64,000 nt of DNA, taken from Lingula anatina. Lineage: Eukaryota > Animalia > Brachiopoda. Of the stretch, positions 1-12,517 are shown piece by piece. Every line of letters starts with the position of its first letter. The stretch's first letter is position 1. The DNA is taken from the NCBI GenBank assembly GCA_051362555.1, contig CM120641.1, positions 28,898,401 to 28,962,400 of the forward strand. The letters are read 5' to 3'. The notes below the pieces were generated by a model. That model had not been told where the DNA came from, did not search any database, and saw nothing but the letters and a program-made list of their open reading frames with translations. A program made the position numbers and the translations under genes.

Positions 1-1188
1 CCATCCCACTTCTTCAATGAAATTAAATTCACTAACCTTAGCGTGGATCCAAGAGTGAAGTCCATGTCCGTGTGGGGTCGCTCATCATCTTCTTTGTCCT
101 GTAAAAAGAAATGAAAAACAAGATTTGATTTTTTCAATTTAGCCATCCTACCACTTCAAAAAAATAAAATTTACTAACCTTAGCGTGGATCCAAGAGTGA
201 AGTCCATGTCGGGGGGGGGGGGGGGTTGCTCATCATCTTCTTTGTCCTGAAAAAAGAAATGAAAAACAAGATTAGATTCTTTCAATTTACTCGTCCCACC
301 ACTTCAAAAAAATAAAATTTACTAACCTTAGCTTGGATCCAAGAGTGAAGTCCATGTCCGGGTGGGGTCGCTCATCATATTCTTTGTCCTGTTAAAAGAA
401 ATGAAAAACAAGATTAGATTTTTTTCAATTTAGCCATCCCACCACTTCAAAAAAATAAAATTTGCTAACCTTAGCGTGGATCCAAGAGTGAAGTCCATGT
501 CTGGGTGGGGTTGCTCATCATCTTCTTTGTCCTGAAAAAAGAAATGAAAAACAAGATTAGATTTTTTCAATTTTCTCGTCCCACCACTTCAAACAAATAA
601 AATTTACTAACCTTAGCTTAGATCCAAGAGTGAAGTCCATGTCCGGGTGGGGTCGCTCATCATCTTCTTTGTCCTGTAAAAAGAAATGAAAAACAAGATT
701 AGATTTTTTCAATTTAGCCATCCCACCACTTCAAAAAAATAAAATTTACTAACCTTAGCGTGGATCCAAGAGTGAAGTCCATGTCTGGGTGGGGTCGCCC
801 ATCATTTTCTTTGTCCTGAGAAAAGAAATGAAAAACAAGATTAGATTTTTTCAATTTACCTATCCCACTTCTTCAAAAAAATAAAATTTACTAACCTTAA
901 CTTGGATCGAAGAGTGAAGTCCATGTCCGGGTGGGGTCGCTGATCTTCTTTGTCCTGTTAAAAGAAATGAAAAACAAGATTAGATATTTTCAATTTATCC
1001 ATTCCACTTCTTCAAAAAAATAAAATTTACTAACCTTAGAGTGGATCCAAGAGTGAAGTCCATGTCCGGGTGGGGTCGCTCATCATCTTCTTCGTCCTGT
1101 AAAAAGAAATGAAAAACAAGATTAGATATTTTCAATTTACCCATCCCACTTCTTCAAAAAATAAAATTTACTAACCTTAGCTTGGATT
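1..1188. repeat. ~142-bp tandem satellite (8 full units plus partial units; runs off the left edge of the window)
   Basis: The anchor (A/G)CTAACCTTA recurs at 31, 173, 321, 464, 606, 748, 890, 1029 and 1170 (periods 142, 148, 143, 142, 142, 142, 139, 141). Most units carry GGATCC. On the minus strand each unit reads polypyrimidine-CAG | 62 nt | GTTAG. Confidence 0.97.
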
Positions 1189-1194
1189 CTAGAG

Positions 1195-1500
1195 ATAAGA
1201 CAGGTTTTTCAACTGAAGCTATGTTTAAGTCCTATACTTCTTTTCTTTGTTTGATTTTTTAAATTTGGAGAAGTGAAAGTGACATGGTTTTCCTTTAATG
1301 GTCACGGTGGAGGCAGTGCCCAAAATATGGATGGCTTCAGTTTTGATGCAATATTAGATAATGCTTAACAGCATAATGACCATCAAGTTTTAATAATCAA
1401 ATAAAAGTATAATGTTTATTCAACAAATTTGACATGGATATGTCTTCAAGGTCATAAAAGTTCAGAGTCACACCTTCAAAATACCAAAATGTAAACAAGA
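1195..1500. repeat. Diverged dispersed repeat, related to 19540-20340
   Basis: Shares motifs such as ttttgatgcaatattagataatgcttaacagc and aagttcagagtcacaccttc with ttttgacgcaatattacataatacttaacagc and aagttcaaagtcacacc at ~19580-19720 and ~19910-20030. Confidence 0.6.
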
Positions 1501-4500
1501 GATAACTGTATTGAAATGATTTTTTTCCCATTTTTAACACCTTTTTTTACATAAAACAAAATGAGCAATTTACTGGCATTTTTAAATGATCAACTAAGAA
1601 AATTGTTGACATAGGAAATATATCAATAGAACAATTTCAAATGTCCTATTTGCTCCATTCTGAGATTCTGAACATAGTGAATGATTGAATCTGACAAACT
1701 GTAAAGATGTGTTTATTTCCATTTTTGAAACCTTATTTTATCATCATTTTTATTTAATCAACTAACAATATTGTTAAGATTCAGAAAATGTCAAAAGAAC
1801 ACCTTTATATATCTAATTAATTAAAAAATGAGACTGTTACAGACACATGTGTCTGTACATAAAAACAATACACAAAAGGGAAAAACACTCACTCACACTT
1901 GAGAGAAAATGCACATCAGCCTTAGAAGAGAAACACGACAACCAAACAAGCGTGACCTAAATATGGCATATGAAGGTTTTGGTTCTAGCCTCAAAGGGCA
2001 TTCAACTTTCAAGAACGACCTAGAAACATGGGCGTAAGAGGAATATGACAGTAATGAAAAGAGAATATTACATGGTGGTACTAACCCATCTCCAGTAGCT
2101 TGGATTTCAGTCCATTTATGATTAATTTTTCTGCGGCGGTTTTTCGAGGTCCGGGCTAAGAGCGGAGTGTTATTTGTACATTTCCCAGAGCGAAGAGTTC
2201 GCATGGATTGAAGGGTCGAATTCACAGAAGCACACCATGGGGAAAAGACGAAACATTCGATGTTTTGTGGTAGTAAAGAAAATATCCTCAGGTGCGATGC
2301 ACTGGCGTAGGATCACATGAGATTTGAAGGCGGTTGCCCGAAGAAATTCGCTCTCACTTCGCGTCCGTGTACTCCTCTGGAGTGAAACGCAGTATGTCCA
2401 TCCCGCCTCACAATTGCCCGCTCTTACACTTCCAATCTTAGATTGTCGGCTGGGGGCGTTGCTGTCGTCACCATCCTGTCAGTTTGAACTCGGGGGTGTC
2501 GTATGAGAGTAAGACCCATATTTCATTATTGCATTGTATATACACCTACGTTTGAAATGCATTCAGCGTTTTCATACCTATTCATTGTTTAAACAGAAAA
2601 AAAACCGCATTTACCTCGGAGGGAAGAATCAATCTTAGCCTATACTATATTAGTTTTTGGAAGGTACCCACGCATGCCTCTCCCCCAATTATGATTGACA
2701 GTGTCCTTGCATCTTGTTGACATGATATCAACCTGAAGTATACTAACCTGCCCCAGGCCATCATTGGAAGACCTTGTCCGCTTACACTGGAACACTTATT
2801 CACAATGCACTTTGAAGAAACTTTCATTTCATTTCTTGTTTCACAGATGATGATAATAAAGATAAAGTGATAATACATTTTTGCTATGAATATTTATGTG
2901 GAGTTGTCCAGCTTTTTTTTTTTTTTTTTTTTTTTTTGTAGTAGTAGTATTTATCTTCAAAGGAGAAAGGATAAGGAAAGGATAATATACTTGGTGTGAT
3001 TTAATGTTTTAGTTACTTTTTACATTTGATTAAATATTTTAACTACTTCTTATATTTGCTTGAAAGAAGATGGCATACAGGGCTCCATAGTCCCCCTTTT
3101 CACTGTTCAGAGCTGACATGGTTAAAAAAAACTTTCGTGTGTGTGTGTGGGGGGGGGGGGGGGTAGGGAGTTACCTCCCTCAGCTCCTGTGATCTTTTAT
3201 GTTGTTTAATTACCCAAATTAACAGGTCTGTAGACGGAAAGGGGGGGACGAACCCCAGGTTGTTTGCTCAGGGCAACATATGACCTATGAACACGGAGGT
3301 TTCATGGCAAAGGGTCAACTAATAGAAAAAAACGTCACGTTTTGATAATCTACATCTACTACAATTACCCAAATGGTTTTTTATTTAAAAAAATTAACAA
3401 AAAGCATACAACCATATAATGAAGAGGACATTATCAGACTGAGTCTCTAATAACTAAAATGAAAAAGTATACTTTAGCTGAAGATGGAGTTAAACAATCT
3501 GCCTCAACGGGTTCAGGGGTTGGGGTGAGAAGTCAAAAAGTAGAAAGCCAAAATGATGAAATAACCTTAGCATGAAATTACACAGCTTATACGAAGCATA
3601 TTTTTCTGACTGGCGTGGAGTTTTCATTTTTACACCATGGAATTTAATGTAAGCGATACTTAGACTACCTGTTCGAGATATGCAGCAAGAAAACAAAGCG
3701 GGAACATCGTGGTATATGATGGCCAGGCCATGGATATACTGCAGAGAGTTACAGGTGGTGCCCCCCTCTGAAAATGGAGGTAAGGCCAATGATCTGAGAA
3801 CTTAAGTATTGGACTTAAAGAAATAACAGTTGATGAAACATGTACCGTTAATTACATTTCGATTTCAGTGATGTGATGTGCGTAGAATAGGTGGTTTTGC
3901 TACTTAAAGATGAAGCCTATTTAGTGATGTTTGCTACCAGGGATTTTCAATTTGGCATATAGTTAATTAAAAATAAAAACAATCTTAACAGGTATAAAAA
4001 AGAAAATATTCCACCAAAAGGTGTTAAAAATCTGAAATCCCTTTTATGGCCTGGCATAATTATTATTATTTTGGTTTTAAAGTCTCCGCTTTTCTGGATA
4101 AATCCATTTATCAGCATGCTCTTTCTTTACAGCATTTGGCACAAATGTTCGTTTAAAACCAAAATAATTACAAGTAATTGACAGCATTAAAAGCAGACTC
4201 AAATCTAGGACCCAGTTTGGTCCTTGGATGATTAAAGCAGTGCAACATTAACGACGTCTAGGCGTTGCATTTGACTGAAGGTGTTTGCCAGCAAATGAAG
4301 GGACACAAGGGAATTTTTGATAGTTTGTGAATAAAAAGAAAATTAAAAATCTCAAAACAGCACTTGACATTATTTTCATAAGTTTTTGCATTTACATGCC
4401 TGCCCATTTGACAGCTGTCTGCACTATTATTATTAAGCAGGCGCATGATATTCTTTTTGACATTTATCTCCTAACATTTCGCAAACAGTTTTTGTTTGAT

Positions 4501-6918
4501 TCGAACTTCGTCTTTTTTTTCGTTTGAAACCGAATGCGTTAGTTGTGACACTAATTACAAACACTTTCCGACAATTCTCACTCTCATGTTTTAAATATTT
4601 TTAGGGTGCATCACTAGAGGGTGAATGCTTCAGTTGGGATACGATTAACAACTACCACATGATATTTCTAGATGATACAAATAAAAAAAACATGTATAAT
4701 GATAACGATCAATATAATAAAAAAAAAAACAATGATTAATTTGTGATAACAAAAAACAGAAATAGCAAATTATTATTGCAGTAAAGAGCACTGAGGACCA
4801 TGCCGGTTAGGTTTAACAAGTAAGTGAGTCAAAATCTAGGACGGGGCTTACTTGTTCAAATCAATGGGAACCAGACCCTGTATTACAGGGGACTCTTCGT
4901 ACGTGACACCGATATCTAATTTTCAGTTTCGCAAAAATTATATCTCAACGGGTTTTTTTACTTATAACTTATATAAACTTATAAAGAATAAACGTTTGAA
5001 ATATATCTCAAACTCGTATTTTGATATTTTATGTTTAAATATCCTGCAAGGCTTCTTTTCTTTTTCATTCCACACTTTAAAAACTATAAACCCCTCAAAT
5101 AAAAGTACCTTATCCATTGCAAAATTCCGGAAGATGAACTGAGAAGGGAAGACAGCGGAAGATGAAAGCCTTAGAGAAGACCCCGACACGAGAATGACAT
5201 GCATGGGACAACTATAACACCGAAGAAATTCATACGTTAAATTAAGGCTGCTGAAACGAAAGAGTTAGATGGTGGAGGATGCTGACAAGCCTTATGAGCC
5301 GACCATGGCTCAAAGAGGAAAGTAAGTATTCTGGAGACATGGTCTAAATGAATCAATATATTATATCTCAGAACTCCAGAACGCAGGATCAGGGAGGCAT
5401 TCCTAGGGCTTCATCTTTAAACTATTAACCTTTGGAATATACTGCTTTAGAAAAAAATACGGGCTTTTCTGATAAGCACCTTATCTATGGAATAGTTTAC
5501 CCACTGATATAAGAGCCGTAGAGAACTTGGACAATTCTAAGTAACTTTTAGACACTAGCTTTTTTGACACCGTTTATTGCGATTGATCAATCAGAGTTTT
5601 AATTGATAAATATGAATAACTCTGTACTGGAACTTACATTTAGCTGACCAACGTTGCGGTCTCAACCTGAGAGGTAAATGACCTGTATGGACTGGTATCC
5701 TGATATAATGTCAACATTTATCCAAAGCATCATTAAAAACTTTTTTTTCCTTACTGCCATTGTGCTACAGAGGCAAGTCACGAAAGAAGGTTTTTGTTGT
5801 CTGTGTTACAGTAACATAGTGCGCACTGAACGACAACCTCCATCCATCACAATAGACAAATGATAATAGACACTACATGTCGTCTGGAAACCTTGGATTG
5901 TTTTATGACACGCATTCATTACAAAATATCGTGCTCTTTTCCATCTATTAGGATTATAATATTTGACACGGCATAACTTACTACATCAGCGAATTTTGTC
6001 AAATACTGTGAATGGCCTAAATGCTACAGCTCAGTCAATCATGTCAAGTTGTTCTATAAATAAAGAAAAAACTAAAGGTGCACATAATTAATGTTTGTTT
6101 TAAGGATATTGTCACCCTTCGCCCCAAACTTCTTATTTACTGCCTTACATACATTCCTTTTGGTAATAAATAAATCTTCAGTGTTCAGTGATTAAATTAA
6201 TTAAGATTTACACATATGACGTCTTACGGGTGACGTCATAATTGCGATTTTGGGGTAAAAACAGAAAAATCGGTTTCTTAAATTTCTCTTTTACCAGAGC
6301 ACCCACGATCACCGTTTTAATGCCGATTTAATGATCCAAAACACTCCAGCAATTTTCTTAAAAGTCTTAGTTCAGACTTTATCGGTGATAAAGCAAAATA
6401 ATGCCTTTGTTTAATGAAAATCTGTAATTAGGGGTTCATAACTCCATAACAAAAACATTTAAACCAAAATGATGGAACGGGATTGTTGTGTATACTCTTC
6501 TGGACAACTCTGCCAATTTTCGTGATAAAATCTTGTTCATGGATGAAGTTACGCCCCATCAAGGAGTTATAACTCATTGGCCCCATATATAGAAGATTGC
6601 TATCTCACCTCAAATTAGAAAGGTGTAAAATTGACGATTAAAGCTTTGAGTTGCCCATGATTATACATTGCAACGAAAAAACATTAACGCCGATATTTTA
6701 TTTTCGAGGGATTTTTTTATTGTTTTAAATCAGCGCAAAGATAGATGCATTATTGAATAATGAGATGCAGGAAAAACTCATTTTCGGTATTTGGCTGATA
6801 TTTCGACATTTCAACCATGGCTTGTGTAAATATATACGAAATTTGTTGTGTTGTTGTACATTTTTGTATTTATCGTCACTGACTGCTGTTGTTGCCTTTG
6901 GCATTGATAAATGATATA

Positions 6919-7246
6919 CAGACTTGACATTTAATGTGGAATTTTTTTCAATTGATTTTTCATCAGTTTTTTTTTTCTATTTCGCTGACTGATAAATGAA
7001 AGTAAGGATCAAAATCGTGTTTTAATAACTTGTAATAATTTCTTCGATGTCATTTTGACATTAACTGAATTCGCCAGTGAAACAAACAAAAATATATTGC
7101 CTATTTTAAGTCATACGACAACCATTAAAGGCGATATTTTGGTGCTCCATATTTTCAAATTTATCATCTGTAAGAGGGTTACACACCCCACAAACGATCC
7201 TCATGTCAGTGTCTGGTTTAACAACGGTCGTTGTTACGCCTGACCT
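6919..7246. mobile_element. Truncated one-ended copy of the Tc1 element at 12518-14179
   Basis: TA + CAGACTTGACATTTAATGTGGAAT, then ~320 bp colinear with 12518-12853 (ending ggtcgttgttacgcctgacct). Confidence 0.9.
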
Positions 7247-8409
7247 AAAGTAGTTACGTAAACCTGAAGTAGATACGTAATTTGACGCTTTGCGCAATCT
7301 TTCATCGCCCATCGTTGTGATTCTGTCATTTTTTTGTAAATAAGACCTCTTTTGTTTTAAACAAACCGTTTTACCATGAGTTTACCTCCTTGTAATATTA
7401 AAAGTTTAACAAATATATTTGCCGTTTTTTATTTAATACGAAAACTGTTGAACGCGTCTGCAGTTTCAACATACCAATGCGTTGGTCGTGATTGTTGCAA
7501 CTGCAACTACGCGCTAGGGACGTGTGTTACGCACCTTTTTTTATTAAAATACGTAACTCTTAAAACCCACAAAACTCTGCCAATTAGTCATTAAATATGA
7601 AATAACTGACAATTATTACAGAAATTGAAGTGCAATAATAAGTACTACATTTTGGTCATTAATTGGACCAAATAAAGACGAGCCACATTTTTTGACCATT
7701 TTAGAAATATCATCAATGATTTGGAGGAGCATTTTGTAATAATAACGGGCGATTTTAATGAGATACAGAACTGCGACAAAGACCATTACAAATATATCAT
7801 AGATACTTATCACCAAGTAAGAGAGGTACATGTACAATTGTCTTCTAATTGAAAACAAAATTAAAACTGATGTATGTCCGTTTTGCTTGTTTTGTTCACG
7901 TTGACTTTGTAACAACTAAAGAAGACCCTTGACAGAGGGTGTCAAGTGTCCTTAATAGGCAGGTTGAAGTAGTTTAAATTTATGTTGACATGCCATCAAG
8001 CCCAGTAGCTTTCTAGTTTCCAGTTTTCATTGCCTATCTGTCTTGTCTTTAAAAAATGTTCAAATCTGCACAATTGTTGTGATATACAGTTTTGTTCCCA
8101 TTGATTTGCACAGATAAGTGATTTAAGTCTTTCTTCCTTTATTCATCTATCTGGTTAGTTATTTATTAGCATTATGTTCATTAGTTGCATTCTGTTCATT
8201 ATTTTGCGACTGTTTTCATTCTTTTCTAAATTTCTTTTACCCTTTTTGTAACTGACTATTATGTATTTTTTCTTTTGTTCTCGCAAGAAACACTTAAACC
8301 CCCTTTTCTTTCTTTATAATAAACCTCATTAAAATACGTAACTTAATTGGGGTATTCCCGTTGTAAAAAAGTATTTCTTTTACCTTTAACTGTATATCAT
8401 AAACTCCCA

Positions 8410-9230
8410 CGTAAGGTGTGTCGTTGGGCTGTTACAATGCTTTTTGTGATGTTAATCAGAAAATTTATATTCTATTCCTGAACACCTAATGGCAGATTTT
8501 CGTCAGAACCGTGACAATGCGTGGGAGAGATTACCTTTATGTTCGTCTTATCATATACCGAAACAGCTTTTTCAATGGTAAACAGTGAAAAAAAAATTAA
8601 TTATTTATCAGAACACCAACTGATAAAACTTTCAACAGAACCCTGATAACGTGTGGGAGAGATACAAATCAGTTTAATGCAAGGTCGAAAACTGGGAATC
8701 AGAATGTGAGAAATGACAAATAAAATATTGGAGAGACCGAAAAACAAAATGAATCTTTCAAATGGACCAATGGAATGATATGCCTAACGAATGAACAGAT
8801 ATTATTACATGGATACAGTTAAAACAGTTAAAACTTTTAACTGATTTTAACTGATACATGGATACAGGACTTTGAGAAAATATATGTAGGAAAGTGGAAG
8901 AAGATGAGAACCACGCGTGGCTTTATTGGGGTGTTGATTTAAACACCTTTTACATTATTAAACTGTCCATAAGTAAACGTGAGGTGTACCGGTGGGCTGT
9001 AACAACGTATTTTGTTATGTTAACAAAAAAAAAATAGATTATATACCTAGAAAACTAATGGCAGATTTTCGTCAGAACCGTGATAAAGTGTGGGGGAAAT
9101 TACCTTTAAATTCGCCTTCTTACGGGCATCTTTTTAAATTCTTATCAGTTAACAAATTAGTTTGCCTAACTGAACATCGAATTAACAAATTTTCAGTAGA
9201 ACCGTGATAACACGTGGGAGAGATCACCTT
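8410..9230 (+). promoter_or_regulatory. Duplicated upstream block (~8410-8665 and ~8978-9230) holding four AGAACCSTGAYAA-N-GTGGGRGARAT modules (GATA-like plus kappaB-like sites)
   Basis: Modules at 8505-8535, 8637-8665, 9074-9104 and 9198-9228, e.g. AGAACCGTGATAAAGTGTGGGGGAAATTACC. TATAAAA follows at 9309-9315. The repeated sequence is seen directly; the regulatory role is inferred. Confidence 0.6.
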
Positions 9231-9308
9231 TGTCCCTACGCCAACGCGAGAGCCAGTAATTGTGGCATGATTATACTTTTGCGAGATAACCATGTGTTTA
9301 AAGAAAAG

Positions 9309-9535
9309 TATAAAAGAAAATTGCGTCAAAGAAAAAATTTAGATGCTTAGACGTGACAAACGGTGTAAGAACAACGGATCTGGGGTAAATATACAACTTT
9401 TTTTTTTGAAAATGCGGTATTCTTGGGCAGCTTTGTCTTGATTATCTAGATAAAGTCGGTTATATGTTGTTAATGCTCTGTTTCTTTTAGTGAGATGATG
9501 ATACCCTGAATCTAGATATTTCTTTCTATATTCAG
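9309..9535 (+). promoter_or_regulatory. TATA box, probable non-coding first exon and 5'-UTR intron of the Cys-rich peptide gene
   Basis: TATAAAA at 9309-9315, candidate donor GG|GTAAAT at 9385, and acceptor tctttctatattcAG| ending at 9535, just before the ATG at 9546. Confidence 0.5.
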
Positions 9536-9545
9536 ACCAAAGACA

Positions 9546-10263
9546 ATGAAAATTGCACTGTTTGCCGTTGCTTTGTTACTGGTGGTGCATATGACGGAAG
9601 CAGTCCGTGATAAAGAAAGGAACAAAGTCCATTCGATCCAGAAACGATCTTCATACATCGAAGGTCTTGCTCGCAAAAGAGCCTGCGGTTCCACCACCTG
9701 CAAGTAAATCTGCTTTTTTTTTAGTAACTATATAGCCAATTTCGAATAAAACATTTTGATGGAAGAATATCATTTTTTTATACATGCCTAGCGATGATAA
9801 TTACCTCTTCCAGGGTTGCGTTAGTTAGATTATCATTACTGCTACAATGTTGTTAGACTTAAAGTTACTTTACTTTAAATACTTGGATACGTCAGATACT
9901 TAAAGCGATCTTCGCTTTTCACGATGCAAAACTGGTAGTTTGTGAACGCAGTTTACAAGTGGATTTTTATCTAAATTTATTTCCATAATCATGCAATACA
10001 TTAACAAAAGCAGATCTGTCCGTCGGACTACAAGACCGTATTATACTTTCAGGGTAAAGGGCTGTGAGTCTGGCGGTGGCTGGTGGTTTGTGTCGTATTC
10101 TGCGGGCTGGCACATCCGGGGCTCTGATCGAGGTTGCTGTGGCAACTACAACGGCTGCTGCAGGCATGCTTCTGCCGCGTGCTACTGGCACGACTACACA
10201 TGTCGCTGTTGTAATCCTAGTTGGTTTTGTGGACCTTCGTGCAAGAAAGCACCAGGATGCTGA
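9546..10263 (+). CDS. Secreted cysteine-rich prepro-peptide, 122 aa, two coding exons (9546-9703, 10053-10263); toxin/antimicrobial-like with a PLA2-like CxxHDxxC motif
   Basis: Exon 1 encodes MKIALFAVALLLVVHMTEA (signal), VRDKERNKVHSIQKRSSYIEGLARKR (propeptide ending in RKR) and ACGSTTC, then AA|gtaaat. The acceptor ttatactttcag|G at 10053 restores the phase (AAG) and continues VKGCESGGGWWFVSYSAGWHIRGSDRGCCGNYNGCCRHASAACYWHDYTCRCCNPSWFCGPSCKKAPGC*. Confidence 0.9.
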
Positions 10264-11920
10264 TACAATGTCTTGAATATAAATACATGAGCAACTTTCA
10301 TTATTATAGTCTTAGAGACAGTGGACGCGATTGTTCAGATTGAAGTAGGCCTACCTGGTAGATTTTTCATTGTTATAGGCCTATAAATACCTATTTACAC
10401 TTAGTTGACTCTTCCTCCGGCAGACGCTGCACTTTTGGAAAATTAAATCATAAAATCAATGATAGCATTTGTAAAAGACGGCCGTTAGACCATTAGCAAC
10501 TTTAGTAGTCATCACATTCATACGTAGGCCTACATGTAGCAGATATCAAATAAAATGGAGTTTGCCGAGTTAATCTTTGTGATAAGCAAATAGCTAGCTC
10601 CCTCTTATTTTTCAAATAATTTCTGTTAGAATACGATTTGATATGTCATTTAACTAAAAGACCTATAACAATAAAATGGAAAATGTCTGTCTAAATTGTT
10701 GGCTGTTTTTATTTATCTGTAACTAATTGTAAGTCGAGCACTGCGTAATGTATCCTCAAGCCAGTTTCACAAAAGCGCCTTATTCGAAATTTGGCTTTGA
10801 CTTTAAGAATAAAGAAGAAAAAGGTTCACTTTGACTCAATATAGATATTGGTACGTTATTCTGATGAATAAGTTGGACCTGTTTTATATGTGTAAAAAAG
10901 GAGAAATGGCCTGTGCTTCAGACCAATAGTTACATTTTGTCAGTGATCCATTACAGATTCATCCGGCTGTTTGTACACCTCCGCAGAATTCGCTACTTCC
11001 TTCCCATTATCTCTTCCATTGTATCCTCATCATAAATAAAGATATCTAGACACCGTATATAACTGGGCAAAAACCACAAAAATAATTATATATAATTTAT
11101 CCATTTCGTCAGGCAGTAAGGGCCGCTGTCAAAACACGTCCTCGGGACCCAGGCGTGAATCGTCTTTTTTTTTTTTTTTCTTTTTTTGATAAATGGATTT
11201 TAATCAAGGTATCAGTCTACAAGTCTATTTTCCGTGCATTAACATAATCATTGTCATTTGATAAAAAGCTTTAAAACAAAACAAATGCAAGTGCGTGTTA
11301 ATACGGGAGTAATGGGCTCCCATACCAATGATTTCTGGCACATATGGAACGTGCCGGACGGGAAAGTAAGGAGATTTGCGGTTAGCAGTTTTTAAAGCCG
11401 TGTTCGCTTCAAGTGTTTTTTTTACGATCGCACCATGAAATCACATATACGCCAGTTTCGGTACGAATACAGATCACACAGTGTTGCGATAGTTTCCCTC
11501 ACAGTACTGGGGGGGGGGGGGGGGGGGGCGGGGCATATCAACCAGCAGTCTGTACACCCTGATGACAAGTACCCTGTACATGTACATATTTGGCAAACAC
11601 ACTGAATGGCAGCTACATTTTTAAAGGTCTAGTAAGCATAGCTAAATTAACTCGTAAGAGACGAATTTTGCCATTCCGCCTAACCCTGGAGTCGGTTTCA
11701 TTAACTTGCTTGTCAGGTGAAGTTGTTTTTAATATTTCAGTAATTAGGTATAGCTTTACGAAAATTAAACAAGACAACAACACTGACAAATATACTGGGT
11801 AACACAAAATAAAGCATTTAAAGATATTTTAAGGGGTACAAAAGAAATCGATTTCTGAATGAATCTGCCTTTTTATATAACAAATTTTCTTTGGTAAGCA
11901 TAGCACTTTAACTGTCTTAA

Positions 11921-12258
11921 AGGGATAATAACTCTTTGTATGAGATCTATATTTCACAATAAAAACATTGTGAATAACTCATAGAAATATAATATATTCT
12001 GTTTTACCACAAAAACGGCAGTTATAGCTATTATTCTGATATCCGAGCTTGTCTTTAGACCATGTGACCTCCACTGATGGCTTTACTCTGTTAAAATCTC
12101 TTAAGAGATTTTAACAAAAAACCAAACTTTTTAGAAAAAAAAACAGGGGCTTAATTTGAAAGTAAAAATGGATTCATTAACCATTGGTAAGTATGGGAAA
12201 ATTGTTGTTTACTCCAGGAAAAATCATTTCTTGGCCGAAACGAAGAGTTATTATCCCT
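11921..12258. mobile_element. Non-autonomous TIR element with TTAA TSD (Kolobok-like MITE)
   Basis: TTAA-AGGGATAATAACTCTT ... AAGAGTTATTATCCCT-TTAA, a perfect 16-bp TIR. Confidence 0.85.
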
Positions 12259-12517
12259 TTAACTATTTTTATCGATTGACTGGAAACAATACCCAGATAA
12301 AGCCATGTCCATGCAAGCAAGGAGTTCCAACGCCTTGATGAAAGTAAGTGGGAACTATACAAAAATTTCTCGGTGACAAACATTTGACCTTAAATATAAA
12401 TATGGCTTTTGTGACCCCCTATAATTAAATTAGTTTTCTTTGTCAGGACTTATCTAAGATACTCGGTATGTATGTAAATGTAAAATATCAAACATTGGCA
12501 GCCACCTTGATTATTTA

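Noticed and set aside
1-1188. CRISPR array
   Set aside because: The whole units are near-identical with no unique spacers, there are no cas genes, and the context is eukaryotic.
5130-5326. Purine-rich stretch ending in a plus-strand GTAAGT donor
   Set aside because: No sustained ORF or recognisable product. Possibly a transposon remnant.
9991-10052. N-terminus MQYINKSRSV... of ORF 9991..10263
   Set aside because: Intronic read-through. The real exon starts at the acceptor at 10053 and joins a signal-peptide exon in phase.
9967-10276. Overlapping ORFs 9967..10191(-) and 10064..10276(+)
   Set aside because: Shadow frames of the GC-rich Cys-peptide exon.
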